From positions 7,455 through 71,454 of the IMG/VR virus record IMGVR_UViG_2922055605_000002: a stretch of DNA of 64,000 bases, one strand, 5' to 3'. The notes beneath the pieces were generated by a model. That model had not been told where the DNA came from and did not search any database. It worked only from the letters and a program-made list of their open reading frames with translations. The translations under genes and the position numbers were made by a program. Of this stretch, positions 28,694 through 37,889 are shown piece by piece. Numbering within the stretch: the first letter of the stretch is position 1; each line of letters starts with the position of its first letter. This DNA comes from a virus.

Positions 28694-30055
28694 TTATTGA
28701 TCTTCCTCAACTACCGGCATTGTCCAACCAAAACTAGTGAACACTACAAAAACCTGATTGTAATCACGAGTGATATTGCTTGCTCTGCAATGCGCATAAA
28801 ACCTATCCATTGCTTCTTTTGCGGGTCTATTCTCAGGTGCAACATTCTGCAATACGGTTGCCAACAAACTAGGGGTTTGGGCTGCATGCCAGTTCTGCCC
28901 ATTAGATGAAACTGCATTTAACAGCGCATCTAGATGGTCACGCCCCATCCGACCATAAAATGGCAACACTAGCTGCCTGAAATTATCTTCAGAACCACGG
29001 AAACTCCCTGAATCTCGATATATATCAATTCCACGTCCCCAAAGCTCAGGAATGGCTATTTGAGATATGGCATCCAATACTGATTGAGTGTCTAACCCAG
29101 CAATAACTCCTAATAAGGCATCACGAAACTGTGGGGCGGTTACACCAATCAGGATTCGATAATCGGTCAGTTCAGATGGGTCTATATTATTTGCAGTTTC
29201 TTGAAGTGCAATTTTAGTAGGTTCTTGCAATAGTGCCCAAAAGGCAGGAAACCTGGCCAAAAAAGCTATTGCTCGGGAGCGATGTTCCGGTTCAAGATTG
29301 TCAATTAACCTGCTAACAGAAGTCGAAATTTCTTGCCATGTACCTTCATTTCGGTCGCGAACAGCAACAAGAGAAGATACGATTTTATTATCGTGCACCT
29401 CCCATTCCATTGGAACACCTTTAATTAGAGATTTAGCCAGAATAACACCGAAATTTGAGATATTAGCCATCCTAACACGCTGAAGGTATCGTTGCTCGAC
29501 GTAGTCCACGATCTGCTCATGCCGCGTAGGGAATCCAACAGATTGAACATCAACACTGAATACTTCAAATATTGCTCTTCCTTGCCTTGGTTCACGAGCT
29601 AGAACAAGATCAACTACATTAACCATATGAAGTCGAACTAATTCGGATGATGGTTCAAAGAGTTCAGCTTCAGCTGAATATGCTGGGTGTGCACATAGGT
29701 GTCTATCTTCGCGCAAACGAGACAACTGTTTAAAATCAATACTGTTCAATATTTGAGTTGTTTCTGTCGCATGAATAAGGATGTCTTTCTCCAACTCTAA
29801 CAGCTTTTTTAGGTCCTGGTTTGTTGTTGCATTATCCCATGTCTGAATGAAGTTTGTTGCAGAGACTTCACCATGCGCACTTAGCTCACGATACTTCGCG
29901 ATAAGATCATATACCAAAGCAACCCAAGCAGATGTCAATGATGCCCTCAAAGCACCTGACTTGTAGGCCTTAACTGTATCAAGAAAATACTTCTTTGATG
30001 ACGAATTTCGAATTTTTGAGGTTAATATATCCAGATCAACAAAACTAGAATCCAT
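28694..30055 (-). CDS. HEPN-motif accessory (moron) protein, candidate anti-phage effector
   Basis: 453 aa, ~40% GC; N-terminal all-helical domain with R-x4-H motif (DRHLCAHP); long helical C-terminus. Confidence 0.65.
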   Translation of the reverse strand: MDSSFVDLDILTSKIRNSSSKKYFLDTVKAYKSGALRASLTSAWVALVYDLIAKYRELSAHGEVSATNFIQTWDNATTNQDLKKLLELEKDILIHATETTQILNSIDFKQLSRLREDRHLCAHPAYSAEAELFEPSSELVRLHMVNVVDLVLAREPRQGRAIFEVFSVDVQSVGFPTRHEQIVDYVEQRYLQRVRMANISNFGVILAKSLIKGVPMEWEVHDNKIVSSLVAVRDRNEGTWQEISTSVSRLIDNLEPEHRSRAIAFLARFPAFWALLQEPTKIALQETANNIDPSELTDYRILIGVTAPQFRDALLGVIAGLDTQSVLDAISQIAIPELWGRGIDIYRDSGSFRGSEDNFRQLVLPFYGRMGRDHLDALLNAVSSNGQNWHAAQTPSLLATVLQNVAPENRPAKEAMDRFYAHCRASNITRDYNQVFVVFTSFGWTMPVVEEDQ

Positions 30056-30316
30056 TTTTTTCTTCCTTCAGTTTTTTGGCGAGCACACCATATCATTAAT
30101 ATTTTATATTTCCCTCTAGCTTGATCACGTTTTTATCTATCGTACAACCTTTCACCTACATCCAAAATCAATCATATGATGACCTACCAACAAGCCAGAT
30201 ACTTGTGAGCGATAAGTAAGGAGAGTGGAGCAGATTTGTTTCGCGACTAATGATCAAGACGCGAGAGTAGTGGATGACGAAGCGGGAACAGCTCAGCCCC
30301 CGATACACCACATGCC

Positions 30317-30673
30317 TCAGCGAGCTCCCCGCGGCGAAGGCATAATCTTAACCAACCTGGCCAGCTGCTGCTGAACTGGCTCCCACTTTGGCTCTGGAGG
30401 CTCCTTCACTGTCCTTGGTGGAGGCTCAGGATGAATGGCCAGAACCTTGATGAAAACCCGACGGGGGCTTCGCTTCCCAGGCTCACGCTTGCAGCTCCTT
30501 GTCTCGGCAACTGTCTCCACATAGCCAAGACGACGCAGGTAGATCACCACGTCGCCGGCGACATCGTCCGGGACCTGCAGCAGGTCTGAAACAATGTGTA
30601 GGTCGAAAAAGTCGCCATAGAGCAAACCCCATTCGGCGACCTGTAAAGCCATTGGTTTCAGCTTGCTTTCCAT
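30317..30673 (-). CDS. CaiF/GrlA-family-like transcription regulator
   Basis: Probable start MESKLKPMALQVAEWG (118 aa); pattern VAEW..L...IVSDLLQV...AGDVVIYL...IKVLAI. Confidence 0.55.
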   Translation of the reverse strand: MESKLKPMALQVAEWGLLYGDFFDLHIVSDLLQVPDDVAGDVVIYLRRLGYVETVAETRSCKREPGKRSPRRVFIKVLAIHPEPPPRTVKEPPEPKWEPVQQQLARLVKIMPSPRGAR

Positions 30674-30964
30674 GCGCCCCCCTTGAAAGAAGAAGGATGT
30701 CAAGACCTTGAGTTAGGCCAAAATCCTGTCGTGCAACTCGACTCACAAATTGCATGTTAGCAAAAAATGGACTCGATGCGCCTGCAACCCTTACGCAGCA
30801 AAGGCTTCAAGCTGAATTTGCTACAAAAAGAAAACCGTTTTCGCAAGCAAAAAAAGTTATTTAAATATTCCATGTTCGATCATCAGACTTGCATTTACCG
30901 GATCGGAAGCATGAAAACCCACTCACTGTGAGCGCCTACTAACACCGGTCCCGACACCCACATT

Positions 30965-30991
30965 TTATCCACAGCTAATGCCTTATCCACA
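30965..30991 (+). promoter_or_regulatory. Tandem DnaA boxes
   Basis: Two perfect TTATCCACA 9-mers at 30965-30973 and 30983-30991. Confidence 0.65.
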
Positions 30992-31161
30992 GATTGCAAA
31001 GCGGTGTAAACCTCACTATCTTGTTGTTCGAACAGAAAAAATCACTACATCTTGTATTGGGATATGTCTAAACAGAGGTGGGCACATGAACATCAATCTA
31101 AAACGTCATTACAATTCGGGCATGTCACTGCCCATAACCCGGCAAATGGAGGCAAAAACCC

Positions 31162-31392
31162 ATGCCACAACCGAAACGACCACCTGGTCGCAACTTCAAA
31201 CCAACCCAAAATGAAAAAACCACCCTATCGAAGTCGATAAGGTGGTTCTTAAGAGCACTCCACAGCATCTTTAGCCAAGTATTTGTGGGGACGCTTATCT
31301 CAATAATCGTTGCCGTAGTACAGCCTTACATTTCTGATTACCAATGGGGTACCAGCCCAGAAGTCATCAAAGTGAAGTACTACAAAATCTAG
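31162..31392 (+). CDS. Small single-TM membrane protein (accessory, opposite to the late operon)
   Basis: 76 aa, SD GGAGG, hydrophobic IFSQVFVGTLISIIVAVV; followed by the terminator GGGGCC/GGCCCC plus a U-tract (31397-31422). Confidence 0.6.
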   Translation: MPQPKRPPGRNFKPTQNEKTTLSKSIRWFLRALHSIFSQVFVGTLISIIVAVVQPYISDYQWGTSPEVIKVKYYKI

Positions 31393-31580
31393 CACTGGGG
31401 CCTTCTGGCCCCTTCTTTCTTCACGAAAAACTTCGCGAAAAAGTCACCAAAAGTTAACCGTTTTGGTTACTCAATAATGATCAATTCACTAGCGAAAATC
31501 AACTGTAGTTAATGTTTATATACTGTAGAAAAACACTAGCCCACCCACTACAGAGACCCTTTAAACAGGAAAATCAAGCA

Positions 31581-32279
31581 CTAAGCAACCCGCATCGCCC
31601 TCACCTGCCGGTCCATGACCCTGGCCAGGTCTGACGCTTGGTGGATTACGTCAACGACCGCTTTTTCAACGAGCCGGCGCATTTCCAGCCCGAACCGGCG
31701 CGATACCAACTCAGCATCAGGAACCACCCGCCCGGTACCGTGGCACTTCGGGCACTCATCCGCCTTGCGCGGACGCATGCCGGTACCATTGCAGTGCGGG
31801 CAGCGGCCTGACTGCATCATCTCAGCCACACAGTGGTCACGTGCAAGGCCCAGTATCCCGTTCCGCTCATCCCGCAGGCGCTGGTACTCATGGTCATTGC
31901 CAGCACGGTGGGCGCGCTTGGCCTTCTCCATCACCACGGCGGCCCGGCGGCGCTCCTTGTCATAGTGAGGGTGGCAAAGTACCAGGTGATCCAGCTGCTC
32001 AGGCAGCGGGCGGCGCAGCAGGATTGCCATGGCCATGCCACCGGCCTCACCGCAGCCCAGAATGGCGCTAAAGTGGGCCAGCAGCGCCTGAATGGCCTGC
32101 TCATCACCCAGGTGGTCAGCCATCAGGTACTGGAGCCCCTGCGGATTGTTCTTGGCGGCCACCTGTAAGGCCCCGAGGAACTCGTCACGGCCAAGGTTGC
32201 TGACGCTACCGGACGATGGCTCATGGAGCGCCCCTTTCGGCGAGAAAAGGCGAAGCGCCATCTCGATTGCATTACTCAT
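31581..32279 (-). CDS. Late antiterminator Q-like protein with zinc finger
   Basis: Probable start MSNAIEMAL at 32279 (232 aa); CPHCNGTG..CPKCHGTG; position at the end of the nin region, before lysis. Confidence 0.8.
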   Translation of the reverse strand: MSNAIEMALRLFSPKGALHEPSSGSVSNLGRDEFLGALQVAAKNNPQGLQYLMADHLGDEQAIQALLAHFSAILGCGEAGGMAMAILLRRPLPEQLDHLVLCHPHYDKERRRAAVVMEKAKRAHRAGNDHEYQRLRDERNGILGLARDHCVAEMMQSGRCPHCNGTGMRPRKADECPKCHGTGRVVPDAELVSRRFGLEMRRLVEKAVVDVIHQASDLARVMDRQVRAMRVA

Positions 32280-32697
32280 GGTCGGGTCCTCGGTTGGTGT
32301 TCTGGTCAAATGCCTTGAGCAGCCAGGCACGCAGCTGGCCGGTCTTGATATGCTCGGGAGTTGCCTCGATGACAGTCCACCCAAGCAGGGCGGCCTCGTT
32401 CATCTTGGCGCGGTCCTCTACGAACCCCCTACCCCGAGTGTGCCGGCCGCCGGAGTGGATACCGCCGTGGATCTCGACGGCGATCATGCGGGTGGGCCAG
32501 GCGTAATCCAGACGCCACTTGCGCTGGGGGTGGAACAGCAGCTCTGTAACCGGGTTAGGGAGGCCGGCAAGCTGGGCCAGCACCTTGTCGTGCAGGCTGG
32601 TGACTTGTTGGGCCTTGCGCACCTGGTTGGCAGCGCTCCTGACCTTGGGGCTGTTACCCAATAGCCGGTCCGCATTGAGGGCGGAAAGGTGGATCAT
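32272..32697 (-). CDS. Restriction-fold (Vsr/DUF559-like) endonuclease
   Basis: 141 aa; FHPQRKWRLDYAWP..IAVEIHGG..D..K.N.A..LGW. Confidence 0.8.
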   Translation of the reverse strand: MIHLSALNADRLLGNSPKVRSAANQVRKAQQVTSLHDKVLAQLAGLPNPVTELLFHPQRKWRLDYAWPTRMIAVEIHGGIHSGGRHTRGRGFVEDRAKMNEAALLGWTVIEATPEHIKTGQLRAWLLKAFDQNTNRGPDHE

Positions 32698-33011
32698 GCC
32701 GCCCTCCCGATGGTGTTCTTGCGCAGTTCGGCAACCTCTTGGGCCACTTGGGCAAGCAGGGTTTCCTCACTGCCGTGCTCGGCCTGCCAGCTCTTTGGGG
32801 CAGCGTGGAAGCCGGTGGGGTAACAGGCGCGATGGTGGCGTGGGCAAAGGGGGAGCACCTGGGTGTGGGCTGCGCGCTGCGCCATCCCGGATCCAGTGCG
32901 CACATGGTGAATTTCTGCTGGCGTAGTGCCGTACCCGGCATTGCGGCAGGTGACACAGCCGAGCGAGCTCACATCGTCCAACCACTGCTTGTCCGCCTTG
33001 GTCTTGCTCAC
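32694..33011 (-). CDS. Ref/DUF968-like HNH-type nuclease
   Basis: GTG start overlapping the ninB stop; GCVTC..EIHH..LPLCPRHH. Confidence 0.8.
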   Translation of the reverse strand: MSKTKADKQWLDDVSSLGCVTCRNAGYGTTPAEIHHVRTGSGMAQRAAHTQVLPLCPRHHRACYPTGFHAAPKSWQAEHGSEETLLAQVAQEVAELRKNTIGRAA

Positions 33012-33454
33012 GCTGCCGCCCTCCCGTATGCAGCCACCCAGTCGAAGCCTCGGCGCGACTCGTCCCCGAACCGCACGCCCTGCTGGGCACCGAAAGACTG
33101 AGCCAGCTCGATGAGATCGCGCATCTCGCGCACTGTCATCTTGGAGGTAGACTTGCCCAGCACCACGAAGCCGTTGCCGTCGATATTCGGCACAACGTCC
33201 TGCTGGTACAGGGCGGCAGACAGGACGTGCTTCCAATCCTCCTTGGAGAGCTTGCGGCCGTGCCAGTCCACCTGTTCGGCGATGTCGGTCATTACCGCCC
33301 AAAACAGGGCGTTCTGGGCCAGCGAGCGGGTCATCTCCTTGATTTCGATGACCAGCGGCTTGTCCTGGTCTACCGGCAAGCCAGCAACCAGCTGGCAGGC
33401 GCGGGACCGGATATCAGGGCTGCGCAGGAAATACTTGGGGTAGCTCATGCTCAC
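33008..33454 (-). CDS. ninB: NinB (Orf)-family recombination protein
   Basis: 148 aa; TRSLAQNALFWAVMTDIAEQV..STSKM..M.DLIE. Confidence 0.9.
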   Translation of the reverse strand: MSMSYPKYFLRSPDIRSRACQLVAGLPVDQDKPLVIEIKEMTRSLAQNALFWAVMTDIAEQVDWHGRKLSKEDWKHVLSAALYQQDVVPNIDGNGFVVLGKSTSKMTVREMRDLIELAQSFGAQQGVRFGDESRRGFDWVAAYGRAAA

Positions 33455-33678
33455 CCCCGCTTGGCTTTGTTGTGGCGCTTGGCGGCGGCGCGCTGGCGTT
33501 TTGCGGCCCTGTCATTGCGCGGGTTGGATGCTGGCCAGCTGCGATTTTTGATGGCGATTGGCGAGCGAGAAGGGCCAACCCAGGCGCGCATGCCAGCCAG
33601 CATGGCAAGGCGAACCTGCAAGCGCAGTGTGGTGCCGAGCTGGCGGGCCATGCTGAAGGTGCTAGCGAACAAGCTCAT
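33451..33678 (-). CDS. Hypothetical basic phage protein
   Basis: 75 aa, ATGA overlaps on both sides. Confidence 0.55.
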   Translation of the reverse strand: MSLFASTFSMARQLGTTLRLQVRLAMLAGMRAWVGPSRSPIAIKNRSWPASNPRNDRAAKRQRAAAKRHNKAKRG

Positions 33679-33968
33679 GCTGCCACCGCCTTAGCGGCAA
33701 CGGCCTCGGCAGTGGGGAACGGCGAGAGGTGGTAATGCCACACCTGCTTGCCGTCGATGTTCTTGCAGTTGGAGTGCTTCACCCAACCGTGGCAGCAGAC
33801 TTCGCGCAGGCGGGCGCTGATGGCGGCCTGGGTGTCGGCATGGCCGTAGCGGCTCCAGCACTCTCGTTCGATGTCGCGCAGGGTGCGCGGCTTACCATCG
33901 CTCATGATGGCAATGACACGGCCCAGTTGGGTCGCGATGGATAGATCTCGGGTATGCGGTTTGGTCAT
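33675..33968 (-). CDS. Winged-HTH protein
   Basis: Probable start MTKPHTR at 33968; RTLRDIE..AAISARLRE. Confidence 0.65.
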   Translation of the reverse strand: MTKPHTRDLSIATQLGRVIAIMSDGKPRTLRDIERECWSRYGHADTQAAISARLREVCCHGWVKHSNCKNIDGKQVWHYHLSPFPTAEAVAAKAVAA

Positions 33969-34045
33969 GGTCTGGGTCCTTTTGGTCAAACTGCCGGGTG
34001 GTCTAGGTCCGGCAGTAGCAATGTTACGGCGGGCGGTTTGGCATG

Positions 34046-34348
34046 TCACTGGTTTGCAAGGCCCTCCCCTCCCAAGTTATCCACAACCCCATTTGAGGCG
34101 CACCCTCTCAACACCAGCACTGGCGCGCCTCTCAGCCGCCCGGCCTCTTCGGCCACTTCCTCAGGCGTCGCATCTTGTACCAGCCAATGACCTGCTCCAC
34201 GCTGGCAGTCGGTGTACCCAAGGGCAGCGATATCGTCGGATACCTCCAGCAGCACCCGCTCCCAACTCCAGCCACGAACAGCCGGGTAAATCACAACTCG
34301 GCAGAACTTCGCCTCGCGCACAGCGGCGATCACGTCTTGGTTGAACAT
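34046..34348 (-). CDS. Hypothetical phage protein
   Basis: 100 aa ORF in operon; contains a DnaA box (34077-34085) near its 3' end. Confidence 0.55.
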   Translation of the reverse strand: MFNQDVIAAVREAKFCRVVIYPAVRGWSWERVLLEVSDDIAALGYTDCQRGAGHWLVQDATPEEVAEEAGRLRGAPVLVLRGCASNGVVDNLGGEGLANQ

Positions 34349-34350
34349 CC

Positions 34351-34836
34351 CTAAATCCTCCCTGTGATGGTGTAACCACGCTGACGGCGTTCGGTGAGAA
34401 TCCTCTCCAGCTCGACTTGGACAGCCTCGTCCGTCACCACGCCATCACGCTGCAGCACGGTAACGGTTGCCTCCATCTCGCACGCCCGGATGGATATCGC
34501 CAGCCTGGATGACGCGACCGGGGCGGCGGCAGGCAGCCGGCGCAGTATCTCTGCCCGTACTTCTGCCGGGCGCGGGGCGAACTGGCGCTCAACTTCGGTA
34601 GCCATGTCCTGCACCACGTCTCGGATCTGGGATGGAGTGAACCCGCTAAGTACACCGCCCCAAGCCAACGCCACACCGTGAGCATTGGCATCGAGCTGGT
34701 TGGCACTGGCTGGCCAGCTGCCGGCCATCAGCGGTAGCAGCTCCTCGGCCATGAACGCCGCCATGCGAGCGCTCACCTGCGGCGGCTCCTGCTTGGCTGG
34801 CAGGGTGGTCACGTTAGAGGGGAGTGTCGTCGTCAT
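34351..34836 (-). CDS. Replication protein P-like helicase loader
   Basis: 161 aa directly after the O-like gene; W..VL.GFTP.QI..FAPRPAE. Confidence 0.6.
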   Translation of the reverse strand: MTTTLPSNVTTLPAKQEPPQVSARMAAFMAEELLPLMAGSWPASANQLDANAHGVALAWGGVLSGFTPSQIRDVVQDMATEVERQFAPRPAEVRAEILRRLPAAAPVASSRLAISIRACEMEATVTVLQRDGVVTDEAVQVELERILTERRQRGYTITGRI

Positions 34837-35830
34837 AGCTGACAGCTCCCGATTCGAGTAGGGCGCGAGCCTGTTGTTGGGCGGCGGCCAGATTGCTCAG
34901 TGGGCGTTTGCTGGTCAGTGGCGCAGCATTGCGCTTGGCCTGCAGCTTGTCCCACTGCTTGCGCAGGGTCTTGGGGCACAGCACGTTGGCTGACCAGAAC
35001 GGGTCGAGGTTGGTCCATTTGAACAGCGAGCAGATTTCGTGATGGATTCGCCCGTCCTGCACCCGCATCAGGCGAATCTCGTTCGCCCACTGCGCCCAGT
35101 TGGGGGCCTTGGCCGTCGGGTTGACCACCAGGACCTTGCCGTGGATGTACTTGGCGCAGGTCAGATCATCCTGAGTACCCCAGAATTTCCCACTCGGGGT
35201 CTGAACAGCGGCATCGAGCCGGACCTTCTCGGCAGGATTGGAAACTGACTCAACGACCCCCGCGTCGGGGAGCGCTTCAGCGTTCTTCGACGAGAAGGTT
35301 TTGATCTTTGTTTTATTGTCTTGGGTAAGACTGTCTTGGGTGTTGGGTGTTTTCACCTGTTCTGAAAGGTCAAAACACCCAACCAGATTGGCGTTTTCGC
35401 CAAGGATTTTGGCAGAATCACCAAGTTTCTTTTGAGGCTTTGTTTTGGGCTTTTCTCTGGCGAAAATCCACTCACTTACCACCTTGTTAATACCCACGAT
35501 TTTCATGTATCCACGCTTTTCGAGGGTGATGATATTGCGGCGAGCCAGCTCGGTGAGCGCCTTGCTCACGTCCGCAGGATCCATGTCGCACAGGTCTGCC
35601 AAATAGGTGTTGGTGATGAAGTCCTGCTTTTTGTTCCACCCATAGGTGGAGTAGATCACCGCATCCAGCACACAAAGCTCACGGCCGGCCATGCGCAGCC
35701 TGCACTTGGCCTTCTGGATTTCATTGGCGATACGGGTGAACCCATCATCAAGATCTGCGACCACGCGGGCCTCCTTCTGAGGGGGGGTATATGGGGCGCT
35801 AGGCCCCGGAAATTTGAGAACTGTGCTCAT
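34814..35830 (-). CDS. Lambda O-like replication initiator
   Basis: Probable start MSTVLKFPG at 35830; VADLDDGFTRIANE N-terminus; WANEIRLMR..FWSANVLCPKTLRKQWDKL C-terminus. Confidence 0.9.
   Translation of the reverse strand: MSTVLKFPGPSAPYTPPQKEARVVADLDDGFTRIANEIQKAKCRLRMAGRELCVLDAVIYSTYGWNKKQDFITNTYLADLCDMDPADVSKALTELARRNIITLEKRGYMKIVGINKVVSEWIFAREKPKTKPQKKLGDSAKILGENANLVGCFDLSEQVKTPNTQDSLTQDNKTKIKTFSSKNAEALPDAGVVESVSNPAEKVRLDAAVQTPSGKFWGTQDDLTCAKYIHGKVLVVNPTAKAPNWAQWANEIRLMRVQDGRIHHEICSLFKWTNLDPFWSANVLCPKTLRKQWDKLQAKRNAAPLTSKRPLSNLAAAQQQARALLESGAVSYDDDTPL
35343..35424. repeat. Phage origin iterons within O
   Basis: Four related imperfect palindromes spaced ~21-24 bp (TTGGGTGTTTTCACCT, AGGTCAAAACACCCAA, TTGGCGTTTTCGCCAA, TTGGCAGAATCACCAA) next to an AT-rich tract at ~35295-35320. 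Confidence 0.75.
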
Positions 35831-37464
35831 GCTGCCTCCACCTGCGCATCTGCGCACATCTCTGGCAGGTTGGCGCGCACTAAGGCGGCAGCCAGTGGCG
35901 GGCATACGGCATTGCCGCAGCGGGCCACCTGCGCGGTTTTGGTGAACTTCTTGCCGCTGGCATCGTTGGCGATCACGTAGTCAGCCGGGAAACCCTGAGC
36001 CGCGAACAGCTCATGAGGTTCGAGCATCCGCATGCCGATATCGACGATCTGATAATTCTCGCCGCGTACAGTGACCAGACCGAACCGGTCCCGAGTCGTC
36101 ACGGTATGCAGGGGCTCGGAGCAGGGGATGGTGGAGTCGTTGCCGTAATACTTGAGCAGGAAGGCCCGCACCTCGCCGATATGTAGCCCGCCAGCGGTGA
36201 CTGTGGGCATGGGCTCGGTCACCGGTTGGCCGTGCTGGCAGGTGCCGCGCAGTTTTACCAGGTGGCTGGTGACCAGCGCGTTATGGTCAACGGTGGTCAC
36301 GGTCGGCAGCGGCTTGGTCAGCTCAGCACCAACCACCCCTGTGTAGTGTTTTGCCAGGGAAGCGAGCACAAGCTGGCTTTTGTCTGCCTTGAACATCACC
36401 GTTCCCAGCGGGTCCTCAATCGATTGGCCGACTGAGTTACCGAACTGGCGAGCAATAATCGGTGCCACGAGAGCGAAGTGGCCTCCTTTCACTTCTGCGC
36501 AGATGGTGCGCAGTGGCTCATCAGCCGGCATGTTGCGCTGGTTACTGGCATTGGCATGTTCGGTGATGAAGGGGGCAAACGCTGAAGTGTGGTCTACGGG
36601 CACGATAAACGGTTCGGCGGCATTGATGACGAACCGCTCCACCCCCTTGGCAATCCGGCGCATCGTTGCCTCGGCCAATGGGCGCTTTACATTGAGTCCT
36701 TGGGCTTTGGCCTCTTCCTGGGTGAGGAAAATACTGGGGCACGGGATCGACCAGTCGATGATCTCCGCAGCGGTGCGCCATGGCAGCAACTTCCCCGCTT
36801 TCACTCCGATGCTATCTGAATCACCGTGGGTCGGTCTGGGCCACACGATGGCGGCGCCATCCCGGCGCGCAATCAGGAACAGGCGCTTGCGGATAGTGGG
36901 GGTGCCATAGTCACAGGCGCGCAGCTCGCGCCACTCCACCTTGTAGCCCTGGCGGCGCAGGGCGTTGATGAAGCTGTTGAAGGTGCGGCCCTTCTTGGCC
37001 GGGTCTGGGCGGGCGTTGCCTTCTGAGTCGATCAGCAACGGCCCCCAGGTCTGAAACTCCTCGACATTCTCCAGCATGATCACCCGGGGGCGCACCTGGG
37101 CAGCCCAGCGCAGGGCAACCCATGCCAAGCCCCGGATCTTCTTGCTGACCGGGGTTGAGCCCTTGGCCTTGGAGAAGTGCTTGCAGTCAGGCGACAGCCA
37201 GACCAGCCCGACTGGGCGGCCAGCTACTACGTCGCGCGGCACGATGTCCCACACCGATTCGCAATAGTGCTCGGTGTTGGGGTGGTTGACGGTATGCATG
37301 GCGATCGCGTCAGGATCGTGGTTGATGGCGATTTCAGGGCTACGGCCCAATGCCATTTCGATCCCGGTAGAGGCACCGCCGCCACCGGCAAAGTTATCCA
37401 CGACGATTTCGTCGAACAGGTTGAAGGTGTTGCTGCATGCCGTCGCTACCAGTGACTTACGCAT
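35827..37464 (-). CDS. DNA (cytosine-5) methyltransferase
   Basis: Probable start MRKSL at 37464; DNFAGGGGAS motif I, SPDCKHFS catalytic Cys, MLENVEEF, CGNAVCP motif X. Confidence 0.95.
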   Translation of the reverse strand: MRKSLVATACSNTFNLFDEIVVDNFAGGGGASTGIEMALGRSPEIAINHDPDAIAMHTVNHPNTEHYCESVWDIVPRDVVAGRPVGLVWLSPDCKHFSKAKGSTPVSKKIRGLAWVALRWAAQVRPRVIMLENVEEFQTWGPLLIDSEGNARPDPAKKGRTFNSFINALRRQGYKVEWRELRACDYGTPTIRKRLFLIARRDGAAIVWPRPTHGDSDSIGVKAGKLLPWRTAAEIIDWSIPCPSIFLTQEEAKAQGLNVKRPLAEATMRRIAKGVERFVINAAEPFIVPVDHTSAFAPFITEHANASNQRNMPADEPLRTICAEVKGGHFALVAPIIARQFGNSVGQSIEDPLGTVMFKADKSQLVLASLAKHYTGVVGAELTKPLPTVTTVDHNALVTSHLVKLRGTCQHGQPVTEPMPTVTAGGLHIGEVRAFLLKYYGNDSTIPCSEPLHTVTTRDRFGLVTVRGENYQIVDIGMRMLEPHELFAAQGFPADYVIANDASGKKFTKTAQVARCGNAVCPPLAAALVRANLPEMCADAQVEAA

Positions 37465-37615
37465 GACACACCTCCTGCTCGGTGTAATCGCAAGCGAGGC
37501 ACTCATAGGCGCGGTCATTGGTGCCGGACCGGAGCTCACAGCCGCACAGCGGGCAGTGATCGAGATCGTGCGGCAAGGGGTGGCCCCCATAGGCGGCCAG
37601 GGTTGGTTTGGTCAT
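37457..37615 (-). CDS. Small zinc-ribbon protein
   Basis: Hand translation MTKPTL..CPLCGC..YECLACDY..* (52 aa); overlaps the MTase start. Confidence 0.6.
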   Translation of the reverse strand: MTKPTLAAYGGHPLPHDLDHCPLCGCELRSGTNDRAYECLACDYTEQEVCHA

Positions 37616-37687
37616 TATCGGATCCTGTGGTGTTTCAGCTACCCGGTGGTGAGGCGGGTAGGTATTGGTTATGCGCTGGGTTGTGCC

Positions 37688-37885
37688 TCAGCGCTCAACG
37701 GTGCGGGCCTGTAGCTCTCGCGCCAGGCGCACAGCTTGCCGATCGGTGCCGGCGGCGTGAGCCGTTGGTATCAGGGATGTATCCAGCTCGAGCGCCAGTT
37801 CGTGGATCACGGCCTTCAAGATGATGTTGTCGCGATCGCTGACGTGTTGTGATGCCGGGCGTGGCGGTCTAATTTGCGTGGTCAC
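37688..37885 (-). CDS. Hypothetical phage protein
   Basis: GTG start with SD GGAGG, 65 aa. Confidence 0.55.
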   Translation of the reverse strand: MTTQIRPPRPASQHVSDRDNIILKAVIHELALELDTSLIPTAHAAGTDRQAVRLARELQARTVER

Positions 37886-37889
37886 GGTG

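Noticed and set aside
31500-31545. Possible LexA box near the end of Q (CTGTAG repeats)
   Set aside because: No CTG-N10-CAG arrangement; only a direct ACTGTAG repeat.
28262-31580. Shiga toxin or other AB toxin genes in the Q-holin slot
   Set aside because: No signal-peptide-bearing A or B subunit-like ORFs are present.
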